NCBI GenBank assembly: GCA_964566925.1
Contig: CAZMIZ010000001.1
Span: 71,248 to 135,247 of the forward strand
Reading direction: 5' to 3'
DNA: 64,000 nt
Source of the DNA: an uncultured Gammaproteobacteria bacterium
GTDB taxonomy: Bacteria; Patescibacteriota; Microgenomatia; PFEM01; DATLAM01
Position 1 is the stretch's first letter. The number at the start of each line of letters is the position of its first letter. A program made the translations under genes and the position numbers. Of the stretch, positions 9,657 to 19,259 are shown piece after piece. The notes beneath the pieces are model-generated. The model had not been told where the DNA came from, did no database searches, and saw only the letters and a program-made list of their open reading frames with translations.

Positions 9657-12600
9657 TTACTCTTCAATCCTGGCTCTTTCTGGGGAAACAGGAATTAAGC
9701 GACCAATAATAACGTTTTCTTTTAAGCCTAGCAACCGGTCTTCTTTCCCTGCCGTCGCCGCATCAGTTAGAATATTAGTTGTCTCTTGGAATGAAGCAGC
9801 CGAAAGCCATGATTCAGTATAAAGAGAGGCTCTGGTAATCCCTAAAATCACAATCTGAGCGCTGGCTGGCTCTCCCCCCTCAGCTAAAACCCGCGCATTT
9901 TCATCCTCAAAATGGATTTTATCAACCAACTCTCCGGGCAACAAAGAGGTGTCTCCTGTTGTCTCAATCTTCACTTTATCGCTCATCTTTCGAACAATTA
10001 CCTCAAAATGCTTATCGTTTATCGGAATTCCCTGAGACTCGTAAACCCGCTGGATTTCTTCAATTAAATATTCTTGGGCGGCCCGAAGACCTCTGATTTC
10101 CAGAACCTCTTTAATGTCCAGAGCCCCTGAAGCTAGTTGAGCCCCAGCCTCAATCAACTGACCTTCTTTGATCCGAAGGGTGCTGACCGCAGGGATAAGG
10201 TATTCTCTCTCTTCAGCTGGCTTAATACCCACACTCCTAAGGCGAATTTTATAGCCTTCGTCTGTCTCGACTACCTTCGCTTTTCCGGCAATTTCGGCTA
10301 AAGGAGAAAGGACTTTAGGCGTTCGCGCTTCAAAAAGTTCTTCTACTCGAGGTAGTCCTTGGGTCACATCAGAAACAACGATGCCGCCAAAATGCCTGAC
10401 TCGCATTGTTAATTGAGTTCCTGGCTCGCCAATGGATTGGGCGGCAATAATCCCTACTGGTGTCCCGACTTCAACCATTCCTTTAGTCGAAAAGTCCCAA
10501 CCATAACAGGTAGCGCACATGCCATAATGGGCCTCACAAGTCAAAGGAGAACGAATGACCACCCGATCCACCCCTTTCTTTTCCAAGAGGCCAATATTTT
10601 CCCCAGTAATCATTTCACCCTTCTTTAAGAGAACCTTTTTCGTCTTTTTATCAATCACCTCTTTGGCGAGAATTCTGCCTAAAATCCGGTTTAAGAATGA
10701 CTTCTTTCTTTGGCCGGACCGACTAATTTCCACTCCCTCTTTTGTTTGGCAATCTTCTTGGCGAACAATAACGTCATGGGCAACATCAACCAAACGACGA
10801 GTGAGATAACCGGCATCAGCAGTTTTAATGGCTGAATCGGTCAAACCTTTTCTTGAACCTCTAGTACTGGTCACATACTCAAAGATAGAAAGTCCTTCGC
10901 GGAAATTTGATTTTGTCGGCAGCTCTACGATTTTCCCTAAAGGATCAACCACTAAGCCACGCATTGCCGCCAATTGTTTCACCTGATCTCGGGAAGCCCT
11001 GGTCCCTCCGGAATCAATGATCACCCGAACACTATTCTCTGGCGAGAAATTCTCCCAGGTGAGATCGGCGATTTCTTCGGTGGTTTCCATCCAAATGTCT
11101 TGAGTCAGCCGTCGACGTTCCTGATCGGTAATCAAACCCCGAATAAAATTTTTCTCTACTTGGGCCACCTTTTCATTAGCGGTTTCAATAATTTTCCCTT
11201 TTTCTGGAATCACCTCATTATCCCATAAACCCACCGAGACTCCGGAGGAGGTGGCCGCCCAAAAACCCAAATCTTTAAGATCGTCTATTAGTTTTACTAT
11301 CTCCTCTTTTTCACAAACCTGGAGAGCGCGGGTAATCAAAGCCTTGATTGTCCCCTGACGGACACCATCATTTACAAAGCGTAGTGATTGAGGCAATATC
11401 TCGTTAAAAAGAAGTCGCCCAACGGTCGTCTCCACTATTTTTTCCTCGAGACGAACTTTGATCCTCTGACGAAGCTTTATTTTTTTCTCTTGGAAGGCTA
11501 AGATTGCCTCATGTTGATGGGTAAAAATCGTCGGGTGTGGTTTCAGCCGAGAATCAGTTGAGGTTAAATAGTAACATCCCAAAGCCATCTCTTTGTTGGG
11601 GATAGTAATTGGAGAACCGTCTGCTGGCTTCAGAAGGTTGTTTTCGGGAGTCATTAATTCTTTTGACTCTTCACGAGCTTTTTTCCCGAGGGGGATATGA
11701 ACAGCCATTTGATCGCCGTCAAAATCAGCGTTGTAACCGGCACAAACACATGGATGAATCCTGATTGCGTTACCTTCAATTAAGATGGGATAAAAGGCTT
11801 GAATCCCCAGTTTATGAAGGGTGGGCGCTCGATTGAGTAAAACTGGATGCTCTCGGGTAATTTTTTCTAAGATATCGAAAACCTCAGGGGGGCGATGTTC
11901 AAGAGCGTACTTGGCGCTTTTAACGTTAGGGGCAATCCCTGAAAGGATTAATTCCCGAAGAACAAAGGGCTTAAACATCTCTAAGGCCATCTCTTTAGGT
12001 AACCCACATTGATTAAGTTTTAGTTCAGGACCGACAATGATCACTGACCGGCCAGAGTAATCAACTCTCTTTCCCAACAGATTTTGTCTAAATCGGCCCT
12101 GCTTCCCTCTTAACATGTCTGATAAAGAGCGTAAAGGTTGGGTGCGACGACGAAAGCGCTTCGTTGGCCGGCGAGAAATATCAATTAGACTATCAACCGC
12201 TTCTTGAAGCATTCTTTTTTCATTCCGCAAAATAATCTCAGGGGCACCAAGCTCTACCAAGTGCTTAAGTCGATTATTACGATTAATCACTCGCCGATAA
12301 AGGTCGTTCAGATCGCTCGTAGCAAACCTTCCTCCTGAAAGTTGAACCATCGGGCGTAAATCTGGGGGAATAACCGGGAGAATTCGCAAAATCATCCAAG
12401 AGGGGTTAACTTCTGATTTTTTCAGTTCCTCAACTAGACGAAGACGTTTGGTGACCTTGATCCGCTTTGCCCCTCGCGCCTGACGAGCTTCCTTCCTCAA
12501 GTCAGTAATTAAATCCTGAAGTTTGATCTTTTTAATAACTTCCAGGAGTCCATCTGCCCCCATCCTTACCTTGAAGAAATTAGTCACCTTATACTCGCCC

Positions 12601-13355
12601 AGTTTAAGATATTCATCTTCAGTGAGTAAGCTCAGCTCTCGGAGGCTTCTAACCTTTTCGCCAAGATTCCGGTAAATTTCCTCTATTTGCTCTTGTTCAA
12701 GAAGATGCTCATCTCGGAGAGCTTGAATTTTTTGTTTAATTTTCAATTTCGTTTCGGCGACAACCAAGCTTTGCCGCTCTTTATTTTTGATCTTTTTCGC
12801 CACGGCCTTTTCTTCCTTCGCTCCTTCTTTTTTAATTTTTCTGATCTCCTTGTCAAAATCTTGGCGAAGTTTTTTCTTCTTTTTTGCCAATTCGTCTTCC
12901 AATAGGGCTAAGGCTTTCTTTTTTTTCTTTAGATCAATTTCGCTAATCAAATATTGAGCAAAATAAGTCACCGCCTCCAAGTCTCGGGAAGACATATTTA
13001 AAAGAAGCGAAAGTTTAGAAGGAGCACCTTTAAAAAACCAAATATGGACTACAGGAGAAGCGAGATTAATATGCCCCATTCGGTCGCGCCTCACCCGCGA
13101 TTGGGTTACCTCCACACCACATTTATCACAAACAATTCCTCGATAACGCACCCGTTTATATTTTCCACAATAACACTCCCAATCTTTAGTGGGACCGAAA
13201 ATTCTTTCACAAAAGAGGCCATCTTTTTCTGACTTTAAAGTTCGATAATTAATTGTTTCTGGCTTAGTCACTTCTCCATGAGACCAAGATTTGATCTCTT
13301 GCGGTGAAGCAAGTTTTATTTTGAGACCAGCAAAATCAACTACTTCTCTTTTCAT
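9657..13355 (-). CDS. rpoC: RNA polymerase beta' subunit
   Basis: NADFDGD, Zn ribbon CYC...CDKC, SIGEPGTQLT. Confidence 0.99.
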   Translation of the reverse strand: MKREVVDFAGLKIKLASPQEIKSWSHGEVTKPETINYRTLKSEKDGLFCERIFGPTKDWECYCGKYKRVRYRGIVCDKCGVEVTQSRVRRDRMGHINLASPVVHIWFFKGAPSKLSLLLNMSSRDLEAVTYFAQYLISEIDLKKKKKALALLEDELAKKKKKLRQDFDKEIRKIKKEGAKEEKAVAKKIKNKERQSLVVAETKLKIKQKIQALRDEHLLEQEQIEEIYRNLGEKVRSLRELSLLTEDEYLKLGEYKVTNFFKVRMGADGLLEVIKKIKLQDLITDLRKEARQARGAKRIKVTKRLRLVEELKKSEVNPSWMILRILPVIPPDLRPMVQLSGGRFATSDLNDLYRRVINRNNRLKHLVELGAPEIILRNEKRMLQEAVDSLIDISRRPTKRFRRRTQPLRSLSDMLRGKQGRFRQNLLGKRVDYSGRSVIIVGPELKLNQCGLPKEMALEMFKPFVLRELILSGIAPNVKSAKYALEHRPPEVFDILEKITREHPVLLNRAPTLHKLGIQAFYPILIEGNAIRIHPCVCAGYNADFDGDQMAVHIPLGKKAREESKELMTPENNLLKPADGSPITIPNKEMALGCYYLTSTDSRLKPHPTIFTHQHEAILAFQEKKIKLRQRIKVRLEEKIVETTVGRLLFNEILPQSLRFVNDGVRQGTIKALITRALQVCEKEEIVKLIDDLKDLGFWAATSSGVSVGLWDNEVIPEKGKIIETANEKVAQVEKNFIRGLITDQERRRLTQDIWMETTEEIADLTWENFSPENSVRVIIDSGGTRASRDQVKQLAAMRGLVVDPLGKIVELPTKSNFREGLSIFEYVTSTRGSRKGLTDSAIKTADAGYLTRRLVDVAHDVIVRQEDCQTKEGVEISRSGQRKKSFLNRILGRILAKEVIDKKTKKVLLKKGEMITGENIGLLEKKGVDRVVIRSPLTCEAHYGMCATCYGWDFSTKGMVEVGTPVGIIAAQSIGEPGTQLTMRVRHFGGIVVSDVTQGLPRVEELFEARTPKVLSPLAEIAGKAKVVETDEGYKIRLRSVGIKPAEEREYLIPAVSTLRIKEGQLIEAGAQLASGALDIKEVLEIRGLRAAQEYLIEEIQRVYESQGIPINDKHFEVIVRKMSDKVKIETTGDTSLLPGELVDKIHFEDENARVLAEGGEPASAQIVILGITRASLYTESWLSAASFQETTNILTDAATAGKEDRLLGLKENVIIGRLIPVSPERARIEE

Positions 13356-16300
13356 TTTTTAACCTCCGTCGTCCCCCCTCCGGCGACTACTTCTGCGCCA
13401 GCGGCTTGGGAAAGCTCCTTAGCCTCTTTCTCTACTTTTTCTTCTCCTTCTTCTATTTCTGCTTTCTTTTCACTAACAACGTCGGTAGGAATCACATTTA
13501 AGCCTAGGCTGTTCAATTCTTTAACTAAAACTTTAAACGATTCGGGAACCGTCGCCTCAGGAATATCTGTCCCTTTAACGATAGCTTCAAAAGTTTTGGC
13601 TCGACCGACAACATCATCAGATTTAATGGTCAACATCTCTTGGAGAGTCCGCGCCGCCCGATGGCCTTCTAAGGCCCAAACTTCCATCTCACCTAAGCGC
13701 TGGCCTCCCATTTGGGCTTTTCCTCCTAAAGGTTGCTGGGTCACCAAAGAATATGGCCCGGTTGAGCGCGCGTGAGTCTTATCTTCCACCATATGAATCA
13801 ATTTCAAAATATAAGCAATCCCAACGGCACTTTTTTCCTCAAATTTGTCTCCACTTCGACCGTCAAAGAGCCTCACTTTTCCATCCACGGGTAAACCAGC
13901 TTTTTTGAGTTCTTGACTAATCCTTCTCTCAGAAAGCTTTTCGAAAACAGGGATAGCGACTTTATGGCCGAGTTTCTGCATGGCCCAGCCAAGATGGGCT
14001 TCGAGAAGCTGGCCTAGATTCATCCGTGCCAAAACCGAAAGGGGAGAAATAATAATATCGACTGGTGTCCCATCTGGAAGATAGGGCATGTCAGCCACCG
14101 GGACAATCTCAGAAATAACTCCTTTATTCCCATGACGACCGGCTAATTTGTCTCCAACCGACACTTTTCTGATCTGAGCAACAGAAACCTTGATTTTTTT
14201 GATCGTTCCTGGCTCAAGCTCATCTTTCTCATCTCGATCAAGAATGGAAACATCCACTACCGTTCCTTTTTCCCCGTGGGGCATCCGCAACGAGGTATCC
14301 CGAACCTCCCTTGCCTTTTCTCCAAAGATGGCTCTTAAGAGCCTTTCTTCAGCTGTTAATTCTGTTTCTCCTTTAGGGGCAATCTTGCCAACCAAAATGT
14401 CATTTGGTCCCACTTCGCTCCCGACAACCACAATTCCGTCTTCGGCCAAATTGGCTAAGTCGGTTTCGCTTACGTTGGGAATGTCTCGGGTCAACTCTTC
14501 AGGACCCAATTTCGTTTCGACTAGTGGAGTCTCATATTCTTCAATATGAATCGAGGTTAAGATGTCTTCTTTCACTAGTCGATCGGAAATAATAACCGCA
14601 TCTTCATAGCCTAATCCGTCTAAAGAACAATAAGCAATAATTAGATTTTGGCCTAAACCCAATTCCCCTTTTTCACAAGAAGGTCCATCGATAATTAAAT
14701 CGCCTTTTTTTACTTGATCGCCGATTTCCACTAAGGGTCGCTGAGAATAACAGGTGCTTTGGGCCGAACGGGAAAATTTGACCACTTTGTAAATCTCTTG
14801 ATTCCCTCCAATTCTGATATCCTCGGTGTTTTGCAAAGCCTTTTCCTGCCCAACTTCTTTCATTGATTTTGGATTTAGCTTAACCACTACTTTCTCGGCA
14901 TCAACCCAAATCACTTTCCCTGAATGGCGTGCCCGAACCACTCGCTTCATCGCCTCAGCCACCACCCTCTCCATCCCTGTACCCACAACAGGAGATTGGG
15001 GCTTAACAACCGGAATCGCTTGACACTGCATATGAGTACCCATGAGAGCCCGGTTAGCTTCGTCATGGGCTAAAAAGGGAATTAAAGAGGCAGAAGTACC
15101 AACTACCTGGCGAGGGGTAAGATCAATTAATTCTACCTTCTCTACTGGCGCTTCCAAAAACTCTCCCTGGAAACGAACTGGCACCCAAGCATCGGTAATA
15201 AAACTCCTCCCATCAACATTAACGCCTGCATGAGTAACATAACGTTCCTGTTCTTCATCGGCAGGTAAATAAACAATCTCATCGCTCACCTTCATTCGTA
15301 TTTTTCCGTTTTTCCCTTTTTGTTTTTTTACTTTCCTATAAGGAGTTTCTAAAAAACCATATTCGTTCACCCGAGCATAAAGAGCCATATAAGTCACCAA
15401 ACCGATATTGGGCCCTTCAGGAGAACGAACAGGGCAGATCCGCCCGTATTGAGAGGCGTTTATGTCTCTAATAGAAAAGGAGGCGCGCTCACGGCTGATC
15501 CCGCCTGGCCCCATCACTGAAACCCGGCGCAAATTATCAATCTCAGAAAGAGGATTGGTCTGATCTAAAATGGTCGATAACTGATTGCTCCGAAAAAAAC
15601 TGTTAATTGAAGCAATGATCGGTCGGGCATTGACTAATTGGGTCGGTGTCGCTTTTTCTTCGGTACTCACTAAGCTCATTTTCTCCCGAATCGATCGTTC
15701 GAGACGGAGCAGTCCGATTCGCAAAGCCGTCTCGGCAACTAGTTCGCCAACTCGCCGAATTCGGCGGTTAGCTAAATGGTCAATATCATCAACCCTCCCC
15801 TGCCCACCTTGAAGATTAATAAGATATTTGATCGTTGCCAAGACATCTTCTTTGGTTAAAACCCAACTTTTGGACTCATTAGGAATTTTAAGCCCTAACC
15901 TTTTATTGATCTTAAACCGGCCGGTTTTCCCTAAATTATAGCGGCGATGATGGAAAAACATATTCGCCAAAAGCTCTTGAGCATTCTCTAAAACGGCTGG
16001 TTCTCCAGGGCGCATTTTCTGGTAAATTTCGACCACTGCCTCTTCGGACGTCTTAGTAGGATCTTTTTCCAGGGTAGCCAATAAGAATTTATTTTTTCCT
16101 TTTGCTGCTTTCTCTGCAAAAGCAGTAAAAATATCTTCATCTTGAGAATAACCAAAGGCACGCAGAAGAACGGTGAAAGGAAATTTTCGCCGCCGGTCAA
16201 TTCTGACACTAATAACATCATTTCTATTCACGAAAAATTCAAGCCAAGATCCTCGTAAGGGGCGGATCTCGGCACTATAAAGCATCCTTCCGGAAACCCG

Positions 16301-16741
16301 ATCAATTCCGCCTGAGAAAAAAACGCCCGGAGACCGGACGATTTGGTTAACCACAGCTCGCTGAACACCATTAATAATAAAAAGACCCTTCTCGGTCATC
16401 CGAGGCATATCGCCCAAAAAAACCTCTTTCTTGGTTTCTCGACCAGTTTTTTTGTTCAATAATTTCGCTTGGACTCGAAGAGGGAAATCATAGGAAACTC
16501 CCTTTCGAATCGCCTCTGAGGGATTGTATTTTGATTCTCCAAAGGAATGATTACCAAAAGAGAGTTCCCAATTTTTACCAGTAAAATCTTCTATAGGGGA
16601 GATTTCGGCCAATCCTTCAGCGATTCCTTGTTTTAGAAACCAATCATAAGATTCTCGCTGAACGGCGAGGAGGTCAAATAACGGCAGGCTTTTATGGGTG
16701 GCGCCCCAATAGAGGCGACCAGATCTAGTTCGAGAGGCCAT
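13352..16741 (-). CDS. rpoB: RNA polymerase beta subunit (probable start ATG 16741)
   Basis: GDKLAGRHGNKG, GGQRLGEME, PEGPNIG. Confidence 0.99.
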   Translation of the reverse strand: MASRTRSGRLYWGATHKSLPLFDLLAVQRESYDWFLKQGIAEGLAEISPIEDFTGKNWELSFGNHSFGESKYNPSEAIRKGVSYDFPLRVQAKLLNKKTGRETKKEVFLGDMPRMTEKGLFIINGVQRAVVNQIVRSPGVFFSGGIDRVSGRMLYSAEIRPLRGSWLEFFVNRNDVISVRIDRRRKFPFTVLLRAFGYSQDEDIFTAFAEKAAKGKNKFLLATLEKDPTKTSEEAVVEIYQKMRPGEPAVLENAQELLANMFFHHRRYNLGKTGRFKINKRLGLKIPNESKSWVLTKEDVLATIKYLINLQGGQGRVDDIDHLANRRIRRVGELVAETALRIGLLRLERSIREKMSLVSTEEKATPTQLVNARPIIASINSFFRSNQLSTILDQTNPLSEIDNLRRVSVMGPGGISRERASFSIRDINASQYGRICPVRSPEGPNIGLVTYMALYARVNEYGFLETPYRKVKKQKGKNGKIRMKVSDEIVYLPADEEQERYVTHAGVNVDGRSFITDAWVPVRFQGEFLEAPVEKVELIDLTPRQVVGTSASLIPFLAHDEANRALMGTHMQCQAIPVVKPQSPVVGTGMERVVAEAMKRVVRARHSGKVIWVDAEKVVVKLNPKSMKEVGQEKALQNTEDIRIGGNQEIYKVVKFSRSAQSTCYSQRPLVEIGDQVKKGDLIIDGPSCEKGELGLGQNLIIAYCSLDGLGYEDAVIISDRLVKEDILTSIHIEEYETPLVETKLGPEELTRDIPNVSETDLANLAEDGIVVVGSEVGPNDILVGKIAPKGETELTAEERLLRAIFGEKAREVRDTSLRMPHGEKGTVVDVSILDRDEKDELEPGTIKKIKVSVAQIRKVSVGDKLAGRHGNKGVISEIVPVADMPYLPDGTPVDIIISPLSVLARMNLGQLLEAHLGWAMQKLGHKVAIPVFEKLSERRISQELKKAGLPVDGKVRLFDGRSGDKFEEKSAVGIAYILKLIHMVEDKTHARSTGPYSLVTQQPLGGKAQMGGQRLGEMEVWALEGHRAARTLQEMLTIKSDDVVGRAKTFEAIVKGTDIPEATVPESFKVLVKELNSLGLNVIPTDVVSEKKAEIEEGEEKVEKEAKELSQAAGAEVVAGGGTTEVKK

Positions 16742-16833
16742 CAGGTAACCAGATAAAAAAATATGTCCAATTTTTGGACGACACAAAAACCAGACCTACT
16801 GGTCTTTATGAAAGCTTTATTTAATTGAATTGA

Positions 16834-16862
16834 ATTATAGCTAATCTTGCCAAACCTGTCAA
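16834..16862 (-). promoter_or_regulatory. Consensus sigma70 promoter for rpoBC
   Basis: TTGACA (16862-16857) - 17 bp - TATAAT (16839-16834). Confidence 0.9.
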
Positions 16863-16875
16863 GCTTTGAAACACT

Positions 16876-17895
16876 TTATTTTAGATATTGATTGACGTTC
16901 TGATTATGTTCTGCGGCAGTTTGGGCATAATGGACAATCCCTGAGGAGTCAGATAAATAGAACCAGTACTCGCTTTCTCGAAAATCAATCACAGCCTTAA
17001 TCGAGGCTAGGCCCGGATTACAAATTGGGTTTGGAGGTAAACCCTTATGTTCGTAAGTATTAAAAGGCGACTCAATTCTAAGATTCTCTCTGGTTAAATT
17101 TTTTGGCCACCAGTCAAAATCCATTAACTGATCAAGGCTTAAATTGGTTGCCTTTTGATCGGCTAACGCATATTGAATCGTCGCATCAGTTTGAAGAGGC
17201 CAATCGTTCCGCCACCTTTTGATCAAAATTCCAGCTACCAAAGGCCTGTCTTGATCGCTCTTCACTTCTCTTTCTACAATTGAGGCCAGAATCAGAACCT
17301 GCTTCTTGGTTAAGCTTTTATTATTGGCCTGTTTCTCCAGCTCAGAAGAGAATTTTTTTTCAAAATTGCGGCTAAAAATTCCAATTACCGCCGAAGGGCT
17401 CGCTTCAACTGGAATCAGATAGGTATCAGGAAAAAGAGATCCTTCAAAATCGGCCGTTCGCTCTAAAAATTCTTGATAACTAAATTCTTCGAGATTGCTG
17501 GCCAGTCGGCGGCTAAATTCTTCTCGCCGCCAACCCTCAGGAAAGGTCAACCAAATATCAAGCGTCCCATGAGTAAGGACATAAACCACCTCTTCGGTAG
17601 TTAGAGAAGGCCTTAAGCGAAAATCGCCTGCCTGGATACTTCCAGCTAAACCTCTACTTAAAACTAAAATTCTGAAAGCAAGCGAGCTTCTAATCAAGCC
17701 TTCTTCCCTTAACCGACTGGCCACCAAGGTTAAACTTTCACCTTTTTCAACGACAAGAACTTTAGGAGGGGCCGGCTGGAGACTGCTCACTGGCTGGGTT
17801 GCCCATTGCCACCAAAAAAGGACCAGCCCTAAAAAAAATAACGCTGTTGTCAGCGCTAAAACAGGAAAAAGGAACTTTTTCTTCCTCATCAACAT
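16876..17895 (-). CDS. mltG: Endolytic transglycosylase MltG (YceG family)
   Basis: N-terminal TM, TFPEG, EGSLFPDTY, ASIVERE, LQTDAT, GLPPNPICNPG. Confidence 0.95.
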   Translation of the reverse strand: MLMRKKKFLFPVLALTTALFFLGLVLFWWQWATQPVSSLQPAPPKVLVVEKGESLTLVASRLREEGLIRSSLAFRILVLSRGLAGSIQAGDFRLRPSLTTEEVVYVLTHGTLDIWLTFPEGWRREEFSRRLASNLEEFSYQEFLERTADFEGSLFPDTYLIPVEASPSAVIGIFSRNFEKKFSSELEKQANNKSLTKKQVLILASIVEREVKSDQDRPLVAGILIKRWRNDWPLQTDATIQYALADQKATNLSLDQLMDFDWWPKNLTRENLRIESPFNTYEHKGLPPNPICNPGLASIKAVIDFRESEYWFYLSDSSGIVHYAQTAAEHNQNVNQYLK

Positions 17896-17907
17896 TTCTT
17901 TGCGCCT

Positions 17908-18108
17908 TTAAACCTCTTCGAACAGAGCCCGACGGTATTTTTTGGTTTTAGGATTGTAGATGAAAATCCGGCCACACTTACAGATCACTTTCTCGGTTCC
18001 ATCTTTACGTTTTTCCTTTTTGCCCTTCTGAAGGGGCATGCCACATCCCACACACTGCCCCCGAGAAAGGAGCCAAGCCTGAACCGGAGCAATAATATTT
18101 TTAAACAT
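17908..18108 (-). CDS. Small zinc-ribbon protein
   Basis: CVGC...CKC, 66 aa, overlaps the yqgF stop. Confidence 0.75.
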   Translation of the reverse strand: MFKNIIAPVQAWLLSRGQCVGCGMPLQKGKKEKRKDGTEKVICKCGRIFIYNPKTKKYRRALFEEV

Positions 18109-18490
18109 CTGTCTTTAAACGCTCCAAAAATCCTTGCAAAATAATGGCCGCTGCGAAAGCGTCTTCTTTTTCTTGACGAAACTTTTTCTTCTTTCCAGCT
18201 TCTATCATTTTAGCAACTGCCTCTTTACTGGTCAAGCTTTCATCTTGAAATTCAACGGGGAGACCAGTTGATTTCTCCACTTTATGGGCGAATCCCCTAA
18301 TTCTTTCTGCTATTTTGCCTTCAGAAAAACCGAGCACAATTCTTTCTATCTGGTTCGTTTGACAGAGATTATTAATCTTCCCAATTAAGTGAAGGTCATT
18401 CTTAATTACTCCCAGCGGTTGAGGTAAACCGTCTTCGGCTAGAGCCAAGCCTATTTTTTTCAACCCAAAATCTATTCCTAAAAGCCTCAT
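18101..18490 (-). CDS. yqgF: YqgF/RuvX pre-16S rRNA nuclease
   Basis: LGIDFGLKKIGLA, DESLTS, DAFAAAIILQ. Confidence 0.92.
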   Translation of the reverse strand: MRLLGIDFGLKKIGLALAEDGLPQPLGVIKNDLHLIGKINNLCQTNQIERIVLGFSEGKIAERIRGFAHKVEKSTGLPVEFQDESLTSKEAVAKMIEAGKKKKFRQEKEDAFAAAIILQGFLERLKTDV

Positions 18491-18520
18491 TAGCTTTATT
18501 TTAGCACACCATTATGGGGG

Positions 18521-19255
18521 TCAAATTTCTACCAACTTCGCTCGGACGATAAGACGTTTTAAGTAAGTTCCCGGAGGAACACAAGTAATAAGACTTAAAT
18601 ATTCGGCGTCGTAGTGCTGTTCTAAAGCCGAAATGTCTTCTGGTCCTACCTCAACCATTTGGATAACTCGATAGCGATAAGAGATTCCATCAAAGTCAAT
18701 AAAAATCTCGTCTCCGCCTTCAAGGGTCGGCAGGGTCGAAAAGATAGTTTTGTAATTTTTGGGGCTAAAAAACTGGGGTAAAACTGAATGGCCAAAAATA
18801 ACGACATTGCCATAATCCCCAGGAAGAGCTGTTCCTGGATAATGAACCAGGCTTTGTTTTAAATCTTCGCCGCCAATTTCAACCACGGCGTCAATAATCT
18901 TCAGTTCAGGAATAGAAAGAGTGTAATGAGTAATTTTGCTGGGCCTGGTGGCTGGTTTTTCGGCTGAAGGAAACCAATTGTCAGGTTTTGTGTAGTCTAC
19001 CTCGGGAATTTTTTCTCCTAAAATCTGTGTTTTCGACTCAGTCGTGGTTCGCTCAGACACAGGCTTAATGAGCTCTTGCTTAAACCTAAAGCTGGTTATC
19101 AATTCATAGGAAATAATTGGTAGAGCAGCATTGGCGAGCAGGAAAAATCCAGCCAAGATCAAGAAAAAAGGGAAGATTTTCCCCGCCCTGATTAAAAGAA
19201 GTTTTTCTCTTGTTTCAACAGGGTTAACAGCTTTAACGTAACGATAAAGTGCCAT
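18521..19255 (-). CDS. Sortase (class D/E-like)
   Basis: N-terminal TM; catalytic H (FGHS), C (LITC) and R (KRLIV); HYPGTALPG. Confidence 0.92.
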   Translation of the reverse strand: MALYRYVKAVNPVETREKLLLIRAGKIFPFFLILAGFFLLANAALPIISYELITSFRFKQELIKPVSERTTTESKTQILGEKIPEVDYTKPDNWFPSAEKPATRPSKITHYTLSIPELKIIDAVVEIGGEDLKQSLVHYPGTALPGDYGNVVIFGHSVLPQFFSPKNYKTIFSTLPTLEGGDEIFIDFDGISYRYRVIQMVEVGPEDISALEQHYDAEYLSLITCVPPGTYLKRLIVRAKLVEI

Positions 19256-19259
19256 TGGA

